64,000 bases of DNA from Octopus vulgaris (Eukaryota), in contig OX597814.1 in NCBI GenBank assembly GCA_951406725.2, forward strand, positions 163,122,001 to 163,186,000. The letters run 5' to 3'. A model generated the notes under the pieces. The model searched no databases. It was not told the DNA's origin and saw only the letters and a list, made by a program, of their open reading frames with translations. Shown in pieces: positions 12,216 to 24,868 of the stretch; position 1 is the first letter of the stretch, and every line of letters begins with the position of its first letter. Made by a program: the position numbers and the translations under genes.

Positions 12216-14684
12216 ACACATACACGGCGAGCTTCCGCACAGTTTCCGTCCTTCAGATTCACTCACGGGGCGCTGATCGGCCCGGAACTATAGTAGACAT
12301 TTGACCAACCACGCAGAAGTAAAGCGAACTTGAAAACAGAGAAAGTGAAAACCAGAAAATTCGACCAGCTTCAATGAGTTAGGAACCCGAATGATAAAGC
12401 AGGAACAAAATCAGAATTTTTTTTTAGTTTTTCAAACTTCCAAAGACCGATATATGAATAATTAGTGGGATTAATCGTGGGGGGGGGGGAATCAAAGAGT
12501 TTAGCGTGTTAACATCAACCATGTCAGTTGGTGGATGTTATTTAGCCGTAAGTCAACCCTGACCCAGCAGACATATGACCAAAGGCACTCCAGCTGTGTT
12601 CTTCATATCCTTTTATGAGTGCCAAGGACTCCGGTTATCTCATGGAGTCGTTTAATTTTTTAAGACGTAGAAAAGGCAGAGCGAGAAGGCAGCACGTATT
12701 AGAGGGTAAACTGGTTACTGTTTCTCGTGCAAACGACGCGCAGAAACTTCTGAAAGTAATGTAAAACTATTCTATCAAGCATCGCATCTCACTTGTTTTA
12801 AAAATGCTTTATCTGTTTTTCTTTCGTTAACGAGTAAACTACACAATTTCCAATAGTTTGTTTAGTATACATACTCAGTTCAATAATTTATCTCACGTCC
12901 TGCGGTCAGGAGAGCAATATTCCCTACATAAGTTACTCCACTACACAGGGTTATTTACCCGCGGCGCGACGCCTTAGTCTCAATTTGATGGAAGGAAGAT
13001 GCAGTTAGAAGACCGAATGACGCCGGAGTTCTAAGGAATTACTGGCGCGAAAAGAATTCTGTCCGTGGAAATTACTCGTACGTTGTCATGTGCTGCTCTT
13101 CAGTATAACAGCATTTCCCGGGTTTAACCGAAGTGACAACATCAGCACCACAACACGTGGCATCTCAAATGAGCGAAATACCCACCTCGACCGCCCGTAT
13201 GGCACCCGTTGTCGCAGTCGATTATAAACAAATACAAACATTTATTTTCTAATTTGTTTAACGAAGAATAACAAATACATTTGGGTTCTTAAATGTAGGT
13301 TTTGTTTTCTATCTAACCGAGATACGAGGGACCAAGAATGTTCTTTTATCGCATCCTCGCAAGAAATCAATATATATTTTTAGTCTAGAAAATTTTCCTT
13401 ATCTACATTAAAAAATCTTACGTGAACGAAACTAAAATTCTCTATGCAAAGAGAACCATTATATTTACGGAATTTCACTAAGGGTAGATTTCGTTAGAAA
13501 AATGGAATCACAAATGGTGGTAATGAAATGCTCCAAACATGACTCGACTATTGTATGTTGCTGCACTGTCTTATATTAACCATTACATCATTTCATCGTG
13601 TTAGTTCAGTCAGATCAATCAGTCAAAAGCTTCATTCAAACTTAAGAACCCTCATTTAGAAATATACTCCCCACCACAATTTAACTGCACGGTGAGAAGT
13701 TTGAAATTTTTTATATAAATAAAATGAATAAAAAAAACTTGCTTAAATTAAAACGGACTATATGAAAAAAAAACGAACAACTTTGGTATTTCTAAGAAAA
13801 AGCAGACTGCATGAAAAGTAAATAATTAGGTAGATTGAGAACAGACATTAGAATTAAAGTCTATGAATTAGAAAAAGCGACCAGTGTCTTTAGGAATGAA
13901 AATTTGTAGAATATTTCTTCACACAATGAAGTATATATTTAAGAAAAGCAATCTACAGAAATGTCTTTTGAAATAATTTTTGATTTCTAACATACGCACA
14001 AGGCTACCAAATTTTATAGTGAAAGGTATAGAGTTTCTCACACTGATCCAGTATTAGACTGGTACTTAAGCAACTTAAAGAATCAAAGGTAAAGTACAGA
14101 CCCTGACGAAAAAAATTCAAACACTAGATATTAATTAAAATAAAACATTACTCATTTAACATGTTATTACATTTCGCTGTTGGATCCGAAATAGGTTAGG
14201 TCATTATATATTTTTGATTACGCTCACCAAATAATTTCCAAGTTAAAACCAGCTGTTCGGAGTTAGGACATCAATGTAGGAATTGAAGGGGTGGTTCCAA
14301 CATTTAACACTAATGTATTCGTTGCATCTTAAATAAGTTCGGTGAATTCAACATGCCATTAATAGAGTATTTATTCTCACAAGGTTTAATCGTATAATTG
14401 TCTGAGACAGTGTAAATAATTGTATGAGTTTATATAATAGAAATGGAAGGAATTTTAGAAAATATTTCATATCGTTCACATAAGAAAAAGAAATTCCACA
14501 AAAGTTTTAGTTATAGAATCTTAATTATTAAAAAGCACATCAGTATTTTAAATTGTTAAATATATATGAGAGTAAGAAATTTATAATTGCATCACAATTA
14601 TGGATATTTTGTACTCAGAGTAACTAAGTGGTGTGAGAGAGTATATTTATAAATTCGAGAATGAAAGAAAAAGAAAATTCTCAC

Positions 14685-14750
14685 CTTCTTAACAACATCA
14701 CTGTCGGGAGTGAACAGTTGTAGAATGATATTTTCAAGTTCGAAAGCCAT
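14685..14750 (-). CDS. IPO4: Importin-4 exon 1 (MAFELENIILQLFTPDSDVVKK)
   Basis: ATG at 14750-14748, 22 codons, then GTGAG donor. Resembles the importin-4 N-terminus (human MESAGLEQLLRELLLPDTERIRR, recalled) and joins in phase 0 to exon 2. Confidence 0.88.
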
Positions 14751-15113
14751 GGTAATTGGTGCGCTAAAAATGTTAGTAATGCAACGTTTAGAAGGAATTA
14801 GAGTTTTAGTAATTAAGATTGTCTATCTGTGGTGTTGGTCACCGGTTAAATATTCATGTGGAATATATAGTACTTCAGCAGATAAAGAGTGAGAGTCGTT
14901 TAAAGGGAAATCACTCGTCATCAACTTCTAAAACTGGCTCTGATGCGAAAAATAAACGTTATGTATTGATCCAAATTTAATATATAACATCCAAACAATA
15001 TATATTTATTAAAATTTAAATATGTGCGATATATATATATATGTATATATATTATATATATTTATGTGCATATTATGTAAATGTTTTTAAAAAATCCAAA
15101 AAACTTAGTAGCC

Positions 15114-15185
15114 TGCCGTGACCAGGATTCGAACCTGGGTTACCACGGCCACAACGTGGGGTCCTAACCACTAGACGATCACGGC
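15114..15185 (-). tRNA. tRNA-His (GUG)
   Basis: GCCGTGATCGTCTAGTGGTTAGGACCCCACGTTGTGGCCGTGGTAACCCAGGTTCGAATCCTGGTCACGGCA: intact cloverleaf with A and B boxes, GTG anticodon and an oligo-T terminator ~10 nt downstream. Confidence 0.97.
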
Positions 15186-16085
15186 TACCAGGCTACTGAC
15201 AACCGGGAGATTAAAATATATAGAATCATTATTACACGTTGAAATGTTGGCTGCTGTTGAGTTTTGTTTTGGTTTTCTACTAACTGTATATTGCAATTGA
15301 TATTGCGACTGAATTTACTTAAATATTTCTCATTATTTCGTATTTGAATCATTAACATGAAAGCTAATATTTGACATAATTGTTACTTGTGATATATATA
15401 ATCTGTTAAAAAAAAACACGTATTAATTATATGATTATATGATAAGTATAATTTTTTTTTTGGTTAAGTTATTTAAAAAAAGGAACGAGGTTCTTTTCTT
15501 TCTAATTTCTTTTTATATGTGATAGTTTCATAAACATTTCACTTTCTTGATTTCATTTCTTGATTCGACTTCTTTACGTTTTATATTTTAGTATTGATCA
15601 AATAATTTCTAGTTAAATATTGACGTTTATTCAATCGCTATAGCTAATTTGTGGGATTAAGTGACGTCAATTTATATATTTATTAAACCAGTAAAGTAAA
15701 TAGATTGGGTGGGGAGCACTGTTTAATCAGAAAAAGAAAGAAGGCAACTATGTTGATTCTTTATTTTACCGGTGTCTCCAAGACTGATGGGACGGAAATC
15801 GAAAGTTATCCTCAAACGAGATGCAACCAAAATTAAATAAACAGAGAGAACTCTGCCAAAAGCAACCAAGGATCAAGTGGTGGTGTTTAAGGGGTTAAGT
15901 CTACCACCCAGGAACAGAGCACTTGGAACTGGAACAAATACTGCAAGGCATTTTGTCCTACGGTTTAACTAACTGTCTTTACGTCGCCTTTTAGTCTGGT
16001 AAATGTAAAGTTTAGCGTGCTTTAGTCTTCTTTTCTCTACGGATATAAATCGACGTATTTGACTGGTAATCTATTTCTTCGACCC

Positions 16086-16964
16086 CATATCAACGTAGAC
16101 TTAACCAGCAATACCCTTTCTACGCAAATACATGCTGTTGAAACTGCGTAAGAATTTTTTATTAACACTATTGTCTGATCGAAGACTCGGTCTTCGATCA
16201 GATAGGATACCTAGCAAAAAACTGTTGCTAATTTTCTTGACGTCTTTCTATAAGTGCTTCTGGGTAAGTATAGGATAACATAATTACTGCCAGAGTATGA
16301 AGACTACATTGTATACGAGAAGTGTTGCTGTCTGAACTTTGATTTACATCGATCATGCATTTGTTACCGCATAACTTTCTGAATAAAGCCTGAATTTGTT
16401 ACCGCATAACTTTCTGAATAAAGCTATATCTTAAAAAATTTTGTTGAGAAACGTTTTCGAATTTGTAGACTCTGATTACCTAGATTATTATTTTCCTTTT
16501 TTTTCTAATATTACCTTTTTATTCAGACTTCATACCTTTATAATCAATCAATAATTTGAGCATGAAGCGCATAATAAAAATCTACATTGTGTCATTATCA
16601 ACATAAGATTGACAGGCATGATGAAGCAGTTTCTGAGTTTACTTTTAGCCTACTACGAAGCAAAAGTATTCAGTCACCCGCAACCGGAATATCTCTATTT
16701 TAAAAGGATGGAGGTAACATTGGACTATCTAGTTCTAGACACATCATGGAAAAATTTGAGGAAAAAAAAAAGACCCACAAAAAAAATCAAAACCAATAAC
16801 AACTGCAGATAGATAAAATACACTCTGTACCCCTGGACCCAATTCTAACCGTAACTTACATATTTAAAATCTCGAAACTTATTGCCATTTAATCGCAGAG
16901 TTATGACCCTCTAATATTAACTTAGAATGGAAGAGATATTGCTGGTTAAGTCTACGTTAATATG
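16086..16964. mobile_element. Non-autonomous TIR element (~30-bp TIR CATATYAACGTAGACTTAACCAGCAATA)
   Basis: Inverted match between 16086-16115 and 16935-16964; no clear TSD. Confidence 0.65.
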
Positions 16965-17075
16965 CCTCCTAATTTTTCTATTACCTGTTTCAACCATGAG
17001 ACTGCGACCATGTTGGAGCACCACCTTGAAGGGTTTAGTCGAGCAAATCACCCCCAGTACTTAATTTTTAAGCCT

Positions 17076-17619
17076 GGTGGAAATTCTAGTTTAAGCACCT
17101 CATACAATTCCCTCAAATCCTTTATTTTTTAGAATTTTCAGAATTTTTTTTGCGAATTTGTGTTCTATATGCAGGAATTCATACAATTAAAAAAAATGTT
17201 TTCTTTTTAATTTTTTTAACCCCCATCCCCATAAATCCTAAAAGTTCCACTCTTTTTCGAATATTTTTTTAGAATCAGAGTTTAAAATACGTACAGTCCG
17301 AATTTTTTTATTTAAATTCCAGCAATGGACCACCCTTGGTGCATCATCATTCCATTAAATGCGTGTATGGGGAGAAAAATATTGAAAAACATCGATACAT
17401 GTCAGAGTGATAAAGAAACGAAGGCATCCAGTGGTTGTGAGATGTGCTAAAAATAACACCATAAACATCCTTAAATCACACACAAAAGTTTTGTTTGTTT
17501 GCTTTTATAATCGTATGAATTCCCGTGTATAGAACACAAATTGGCAAAATTCTGAAAATTCCAAAAGATGAATAAAAAATTATGAGGGTTATATGGAGTG
17601 CTTAAACCCGAATTCCGCC
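17076..17619. mobile_element. MITE with ~120-bp imperfect TIRs and a 6-bp TSD (AAGCCT), inserted into a SINE
   Basis: Ends GGTGGAAATTCTAGTTTAAGCAC / GTGCTTAAACCCGAATTCCGCC; AAGCCT at 17070-17075 and 17620-17625. Confidence 0.85.
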
Positions 17620-17760
17620 AAGCCTGGTACTGATGCGGTCATTCGTATTGTGGAACCGCTAAGTTACAGGTACATAAACAAACCAACACCGTTTGTCGAG
17701 TGGTGATTGGGGATAAACACAGACAACACACACACATTTCAAAAAAATTTTATATCTTGG

Positions 17761-17826
17761 ATATAGTCACCCAAGGTTTCGCATCTACAGGGCTTTGCTT
17801 TGTGGACAGCTCGTCAGACTCTATAT
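17761..17826 (-). ncRNA. Type-I hammerhead ribozyme, probably inactivated paralogue
   Basis: CTGACGA, same stem II, GAAACCTTGGGTG; the triplet is GUG and the stem I 3' strand lacks 2 nt. Confidence 0.75.
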
Positions 17827-18926
17827 AAATACAGAGCTTAAAATGCGTCGTAGACGTTAAGAAACGTTCAAACCTCGAGGATTACGTCCTCACAAAAACA
17901 AAAAACCCTTAATGAGGACAGGTTATCTCCCGATCAGAAGAGCAAAAATCCCTTATAGACCCGAAGAGGCCTAACTAGGAAACGGAGAGATCCAATTTTC
18001 CAGTAAGTAACGCTTGAAGTGAATACATTTAGAAAACACTTCTTTACGGTCGTTTAATGCGCCAGGTTTCTTATAGTCCTTAAGAATTTTGGCTCTCCCC
18101 GCGATGCAGACCTTGCAACGACCACTTCCATTAATATATGGTCCCGGATGATCAATTAGTTTCCACCTGATATCACACGGGGGCCTTTGATCTTTGAGGT
18201 GTCATAGATGGCGGGCCAGGGACGTGTGACAAATCGTCTTTCTGGGACTCTGAAGGATGACTAGCTGTTAAGAAAACGTCGCTTAAACGAAGTACTTACA
18301 GAACCAATATATTTACACACATGGGATGTGGCCCTATTCGCACACCTGGTAACATATGGTGCATGGATGTCGAAGATAAATATTGGGTTATCTTCTGAGG
18401 CGGCGGAACTGGGAACAGCAAATACTTCCTCCAAGTCGTTGGTCCTGGACAGGTCATTATCTCTAGGTACGGCTTTTTTTTTATTGGTAGTAACATATAT
18501 TGCAGGCCTAGCCACTCTATCTATATCTATGGTTTGTTCATATCGGTGACGCTTTCTATGATGCTGGTCCCGGATTGGCTATTATCTCTGGGCATCGCAA
18601 TTGTATTGGTGTGAGAACTTGTTAATCTGCTAATAATATTGCTGTTCGGCGGTACATTACTGTTATTGCGGATATCAGGTCCAGGTATCACCATAGCCTT
18701 ATAGATGATTCGGCCTCCTTCAAGACAGTTACTATATACCCTGCAAGAGCAAACTGCATCCTCCCTTCTATTGTGGGCACTTGCTAAAATGTACTTACTG
18801 GAAAGTTGGATCTCCCCGTTTCCTAGTTAGGTCGCTTGGTCCAGGGGAGATAACCCGTCCTCATTAACTTTCGAGTTCTGAGCTTTTCTTCACATCTGCG
18901 ACGTAGATATTTTAAATTTTGTATTT

Positions 18927-18994
18927 ATATAGAGTCTGATGAGCTGTCCACAAGGCTTTGCTCTGTGGATGCGAAACCTTGGGTAACTCTATAT
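18927..18994 (+). ncRNA. Type-I hammerhead ribozyme (intact core)
   Basis: Stem I ATATAGAGT/ACTCTATAT, CTGATGA, long stem II, GAAA, stem III ACC/GGT, and a GUA triplet (predicted cut after 18985). Confidence 0.88.
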
Positions 18995-19651
18995 CCAAAA
19001 TATAAGATTTTGTTGAAGTGATATAAATATATTTAAATATAGGATAAAATCTCTATAAGAATTTATCAAGTAGTTAGCGTGAAAAACACCAAAAGAGAAA
19101 AATCCACCAATTTTTCTCTTAAATATATTTATCTATATTATACAGAGGGCATTAATATACATAAATGCCACATGCTAGCTTCGAGAGTTGCATTCACTCG
19201 CTTTCGGTACGATGTGTTTTTATTTTTATTTTAGTAGTTTTGACTTTAAGAGTCCCTCCTATAGAGTTTGTGTGTGTGTCTGTGTGAGTGTGTGTGTTGA
19301 CGAGTTTTGAAAAGTGAAACAATATATAAGTTAATCGTAAGCTTTCTTTTAACAACTAGGCGAACATAACTCGAAAATAAATTGTCAAAGTTAATAGTTA
19401 CTCCCCTTGGAAATGACTGCTTATTTTCCTTGAATCAAATATATGCTTATTAGCAATAAATTATTAATATGAGTTTCTTTGCAGATGTAATTTTTTTTTC
19501 TAATGGAAGAATGAACTCCATAAAGTTTCTCTCCAGTTCCACCACTTTTTTCTTCTAATTTTAGTTTACATGAAGGAAAAATTGAGTCCATAACTTTGGT
19601 AAGCGCTCCCAGATTAGAGAAAGAGCAACATATGTGTATGTGTGTGTGTAA

Positions 19652-19739
<88 letters not shown>

Positions 19740-19804
19740 TTGTATAAATAGGTATATGTGTGTGTGTGTATATATATATATATATCCTTGTATATATAGG
19801 TATA

Positions 19805-19852
<48 letters not shown>

Positions 19853-19864
19853 TATACGACGATA

Positions 19865-20152
19865 AACGTCGCCCTTTTCAAGCCTATCCATGCTCATGGG
19901 CCCGGTTTCTGTGGCGAATGTGTTTCCACCAGCTGGACAGGACGCCAGTCCATCGCAGCGTTACTCAAGAAACAGGAAGAAAGTTGTGGCGAAAGAGTAC
20001 AACAGGGGTCATCACAACCCTCTGCCGGAGCCTCGTAGAACTTTTAACTGTTTTTGCTCAATAAACACACACAACGCCCGGTCTGGGAATCGAAACCGCG
20101 ATCCTCTGACCGCGAGTCCGCTGCCCTAACCACTGGGCTATTGCGCCTCCAC
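19865..20152 (-). mobile_element. tRNA-derived SINE
   Basis: GTGGAGGCGCAATAGCCCAGTGGTTAGGGCAGCGGACTCGCGG head with a B-box-like GGTTTCGATTCCC; paralogues at 34790-34972 and 36265-36540. Confidence 0.8.
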
Positions 20153-20159
20153 TTATATA

Positions 20160-21585
20160 CATGGCACCCAGCATTGCCCGGAATTTAAATTTTTCCTTGC
20201 ATACTGGAAGAATAACAATAGCAATAAAAATAATAATAAACGAAAATACAACATTTACCGCTTTTATGAAAGGAGATAAATTCTACCATTTATATTGAAA
20301 GAAATTATATAAAAGCTTCTGGGTAAACAACATTCTTTGTTTTCTGATTTGGAGCATAGACAAATAATCTGGAGCAACCAACAAAGTTGACCATGAGAAA
20401 ATCAAACCAGTAGATTTCAAAGACTGACCTTGAGCTGTATAAATAGACATTGAAAAGAAAAGTTGCACTGGGAATAGTGTTCGTTTGAATTGAAAGGGCA
20501 TATCTGTTGGTTTGATTGGAAATCTTGGAACGAAAACCTCTTCTCCAGAGGCACATCCAGTGATGACAGTAGCTTCTGTCAAATTAGGTGATAATGTCTT
20601 CACAGTCAACCTTGTCCCATTGCATAATTTAGGAGGATCTAAATTTCTTAGAAGCACAATTGGGATTCCTACATTCAGAAAAAAAATTATGTGGAGAAAT
20701 TCCAGGTGGTTCAAGAGAATTAAGGAACTCTGTTGGGTAATGGACAGCTTGATTTTCATCAAAGACTGAATCAACTGATTTGTACTTCTTAATGACTGTG
20801 GGAATCTTATTCATTAATTCATGGTTGATTCTTGCTACTGTCTTATTTTTTGGATTAAGAATTGCCCTCTCACACAAGCATGTATGTGAATTATAATTAT
20901 TACTTAAGTCTAGCAAAACTCTGAGGAATTCATAATGATAGCAATATGATCCAAACTGATATCATCATTCCCATCAAGTGGGACTTTCCTATTTCCTAAT
21001 TGGAGGAGGCAGGTTGAAAACTGTTTTGCACATTGGTCTCCATGTAATGAAGCTCGCATGTTAATATTGAAGGAGAATTTCAGTACTTTATTCCATAGGT
21101 GTGAAGACTTAATGCATGTTTTATTTCATCAGATCTTGTTCATCTCAGAATGACTGGTAATGTCTGTCTGAAGTCTCCTGATATAACTAATGCAACTCCT
21201 CCCATAGATTTATTGTTGCCTCTATTGTCCTGTAAGGTGTTACCAAGAGCTTCCATTGCACTTCTATGTGACATGGTGCATTCATCCCAAATGATAAGGT
21301 GGCATTGGCACAACACTTCTGCTGAACCTGAATCATTACTTGTGCTACAAATTAGACTGTTACTTGTGACTAGGTTTAGTGGTAATTTAAAAGCAGAATG
21401 AGCTATTTGTCCTCCTGTGAGAATGATGGCAACAAAACCAGACCATGGTACAGCAACTGCAATTTTTTTTTTGTTGCCTTACTTTGGAATGAAGTAATGT
21501 TATAAATGTTTTATGTGTGTTACTAGGAGCATCAAGAAAGAAAATTCCTCTGCTTTTTTTCCGACGGTTGTGGAACGCCGCATGC

Positions 21586-21618
<33 letters not shown>

Positions 21619-22162
21619 GATACATATACATACAGTATCAGACCACAGATGAAATGGAGGTATGTGAGTGTGTGTGGGGTGGGAGGGGGGAGTGAAAGGG
21701 TGTGTTGTCATATATACGTGCATATATAAATAATAGGCGAACATCTTTCTTGTATGTATGTGTGCATGAGAGAGAGAGAGTGCCACTTAGACATCACTCT
21801 CCCCCTCTCTCTCTCTCTCCCTCACACACACACATACATACAGAAAAGATGTATTCATATGTATTTATGTATATACGAATACATGACAACACACCTCTTC
21901 ACTCACACACACACACAACACACACCATACATAAATGTATACAAACGTACATACAAAAATGTGTGTGTGTGTGTGTGTGACTGACTACAAATACATAGAG
22001 TTCAACACGGCGTGAAAAAGAAAATAAATAAATAAATAAAATTTACGTAAATAAACGAAGTGTGCGAGTTCCAGCAAAATAATGCCTATATTTTAGGGGC
22101 GCCACATATTTAATTGCAAAATCTTAACGTGATATTTGTGTAATAAAGAAATCAAACCTGGA

Positions 22163-22232
<70 letters not shown>

Positions 22233-23270
22233 CCGCGCGTAGTTGTTTACAAATAGCGAATTAAAACTTGAAATGAAAACATGAAAATTTATACAGGTAC
22301 AGACTTCGCCGTTTTTATGTCAATACCGGAAGTTGCCATTGATAAACCTTTTTAAAAAAGTGAATCTAATGTAGAGAATTTCATTAAAAAATATCCATTT
22401 TCTTGAAAGTTAAGACGAATTGAAGTAGACTCGGGTGAATTATCCGAAAATCCCTACCCCTCCTAAAACAGCTCCCCCGACCAAATTTATATATTCGAAA
22501 TTACCATGATAGAACACATATTGGTATGAACTTTTATTTAAAAAATCCATAATTCTGAGTTATGATCATGGAAATTATGTTGAGGGCAGAAATCTGTAGT
22601 TCTTAATATGACGGGCAGGAAGTAAATAAGAAATGTTAACGGAAAAGAAAGTATTGTAGGGGTCGAAAGAAAATTTGTCACTCAGTAAATCAAAGAGCCA
22701 ATATCGAAGGAACCAGAAAGAAACCGTCAACAACAGGAAAACACGAAACCGTACGGATTGAAGTGAAATTTAGGGAGATACTTCTGTCGGTAGATTATGA
22801 AATTGCTTACATCAGTAATTGTAAACTTGTATCTGTCAGTAATTTGTTGTTGTTTGTAAATAGCGATTCTAAACTTAGACTTACAGTGAAAACAATAAAA
22901 TGGAAGTTAAACAATGGCGCATGAAAAATGAAAGTGAAAAGAATAGGGTCTGTAAAATGAAAGTGAAAACAAGAGTTATAGATAGAGAGATATGTTACAC
23001 AGAGATAGAGAGAGATGGATAGAGAGGTATACATAAAGAGATATGTTACGTCACTGACGCTAGAAAACCGTAAGTAAAAATATTAAAATCTTTGAAAGAC
23101 GTGAATGTAACATAAAAAGCAATATTTTTTATTTTAAAAAATTTTTAATAAAAAAATTAGCGAAAACCTATATAATATGTCCGAGGTCAAATTATTCATG
23201 CATCACAAATATGGAAGTAATTGGTGAAGCCGTTTTCGCATGAAAAGTCAATATACACACATCTCTATTA
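20160..23270 (-). mobile_element. Decayed Helitron with Pif1 helicase motifs
   Basis: FFLDAPSNTHKTF (Walker A relic), [51 protein letters not shown]; 3' hairpin near 20165-20183. Outer limits approximate. Confidence 0.75.
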
Positions 23271-23305
23271 CATATATTATATATATATTATGTGTGTATG
23301 GTGTT

Positions 23306-23424
<119 letters not shown>

Positions 23425-23859
23425 CAAATGGACAAGAACGCAAGACATCCGGACTGCTAGGTGATACAAAAAGGGACACCAAAACATCCAGATAGACGAT
23501 ACAAAGAAAACAAGGACGGGTCATTCGAAGTTTTTTTCTTCGGTCAAGCACCAGATTATCCTCGCAATTTCGGCTGATTATTCTTGAGATTGCTCCAATC
23601 TGGCCAGCCCCAAGGAAAAACTAAGCTAAGAGCATTAGATTCCTTGGAAGAAAGCAGCGAATGTATAAAAAAACAAAGACGGAAAAACGGACAATGTTAC
23701 ACAAATATAAATACAAAAAAAAATACAATTAAAATAATAACAGGACATAACAACAGGTATCTTTCGACTAAGGACGTATTGAATTAAGCTCTGCTTCTAC
23801 TTCTCTCTCTTCTCTTCCCCCTTCTTAATTCTTCTGTCCCTCTACTTTGACCCACAATT

Positions 23860-24797
23860 CGTGGGTCAAAAGGGCATGAAACGTCAACTATAAGCATATG
23901 TGGTGCACCTTGTCCGCCACCACTAGGTTCGAGCTGTTATGCTCTACCACCTGATCTGTTTGGATTGGGAAATCCCAGAGGATTTTGCTAGTCTCCGACT
24001 CTGCCACTCTCTGCGGTTTGTGCTCATTCATACCACGTCTTGCCTCTCTCTAGCCCCCACTTCGCAGTTTCCAATGTAGCACTTTCGCTACCTGGTCGTG
24101 TCGCCACAACTTGTAGTGGTTTTGGACAAGTCTAGGGCATTCGTTCGTGATATGGGCAATGGTTTCATCCACTCTATTGCAGCACAACGAAGACAGTTGC
24201 TCATTCCTAAGGTTGACCCTTCAGTTTGTGGCCAAAGTTTAGTCTTCCGCTGCCAGTATAGTGCTCTTGGTCTCTTTTTCTAAGGTCCCTTTCGTCAGCC
24301 AATCCTACCAATTTTTTCCAGCAACTTCTATTGAGGCTACATGGAATTGATTGTGTAGTCCCTTCTTGCGTAATTCGTCTTCAAGTCCTTTTTGTACTTC
24401 TTCCTTTCTTTTCCCTTTTTTCTCTGCTCTCAATCCTCCCTCGTCCCTGTCACTAGCAAAGTTTCCTTACTTTAGGCTAGGTATCTCAGTAAGCTCTCGA
24501 GTTCGATATGCACGCAGTCTTCCACACATATCAGTCTCCTTCCTCCATTTGCTCTCTTCATGTATAGGCGATCAGTATCTGCACGTGGATGATGGGCTCC
24601 ATGCCTCGTTAGGAGCTTTCTTGACTTCCTGTCCACCTCCTTTAGCTTCTCCACTGTCCACTTCAGGATTCCAGCGCCATACCGAATTGCTGCGGCTGCG
24701 CGCGAGTTTATTGCCGAAATTGTTTCTGGCATTCAGCTTTGAAGCCAATATTTTTCTCACTCGCCACAGGTACTCTCTTTTTGTCTTTTCCTTCATA
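23860..24797 (-). mobile_element. R4/Dong-clade non-LTR retrotransposon fragment
   Basis: KREYLWRVRKILASKLNARN, AIRYGAGILKWT, HHPRADTDRLYMKRANGGR; 5' end abuts (AAT)n. Confidence 0.8.
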
Positions 24798-24829
24798 TTA
24801 TTATTATTATTATTATCATTATTATTATT

Positions 24830-24868
<39 letters not shown>

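Larger units (their letters stand above)
17735..19020 (-). mobile_element. 5'-truncated Penelope-like retroelement with inverted pLTRs and a decayed GIY-YIG endonuclease
   Basis: Minus strand reads HNRR..CSCR..NC..IIYKAMV...KYIGSVSTSFKRRFLN*SSFR...TSLARHL*HLKDQ..IRWKLID..RCKVC..LNDRKEVFSKCIH. 17735-18009 is the inverted copy of 18792-19020. Confidence 0.88.

Noticed and set aside
12940-12960. TAACCCT on the minus strand as a possible telomerase RNA template
   Set aside because: It does not extend to CTAACCCTAA, and no pseudoknot or H/ACA arrangement is recognisable.
13095-13125. GAAA...CTGAAGA on the minus strand as a type-II hammerhead
   Set aside because: No room for stem I, and stem II cannot close.
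23510-23620. Repeat shared with 48600-48710 containing GGCTG..CAGCC-GAAA on the minus strand
   Set aside because: No correctly placed CUGAnGA; left as an unclassified repeat.
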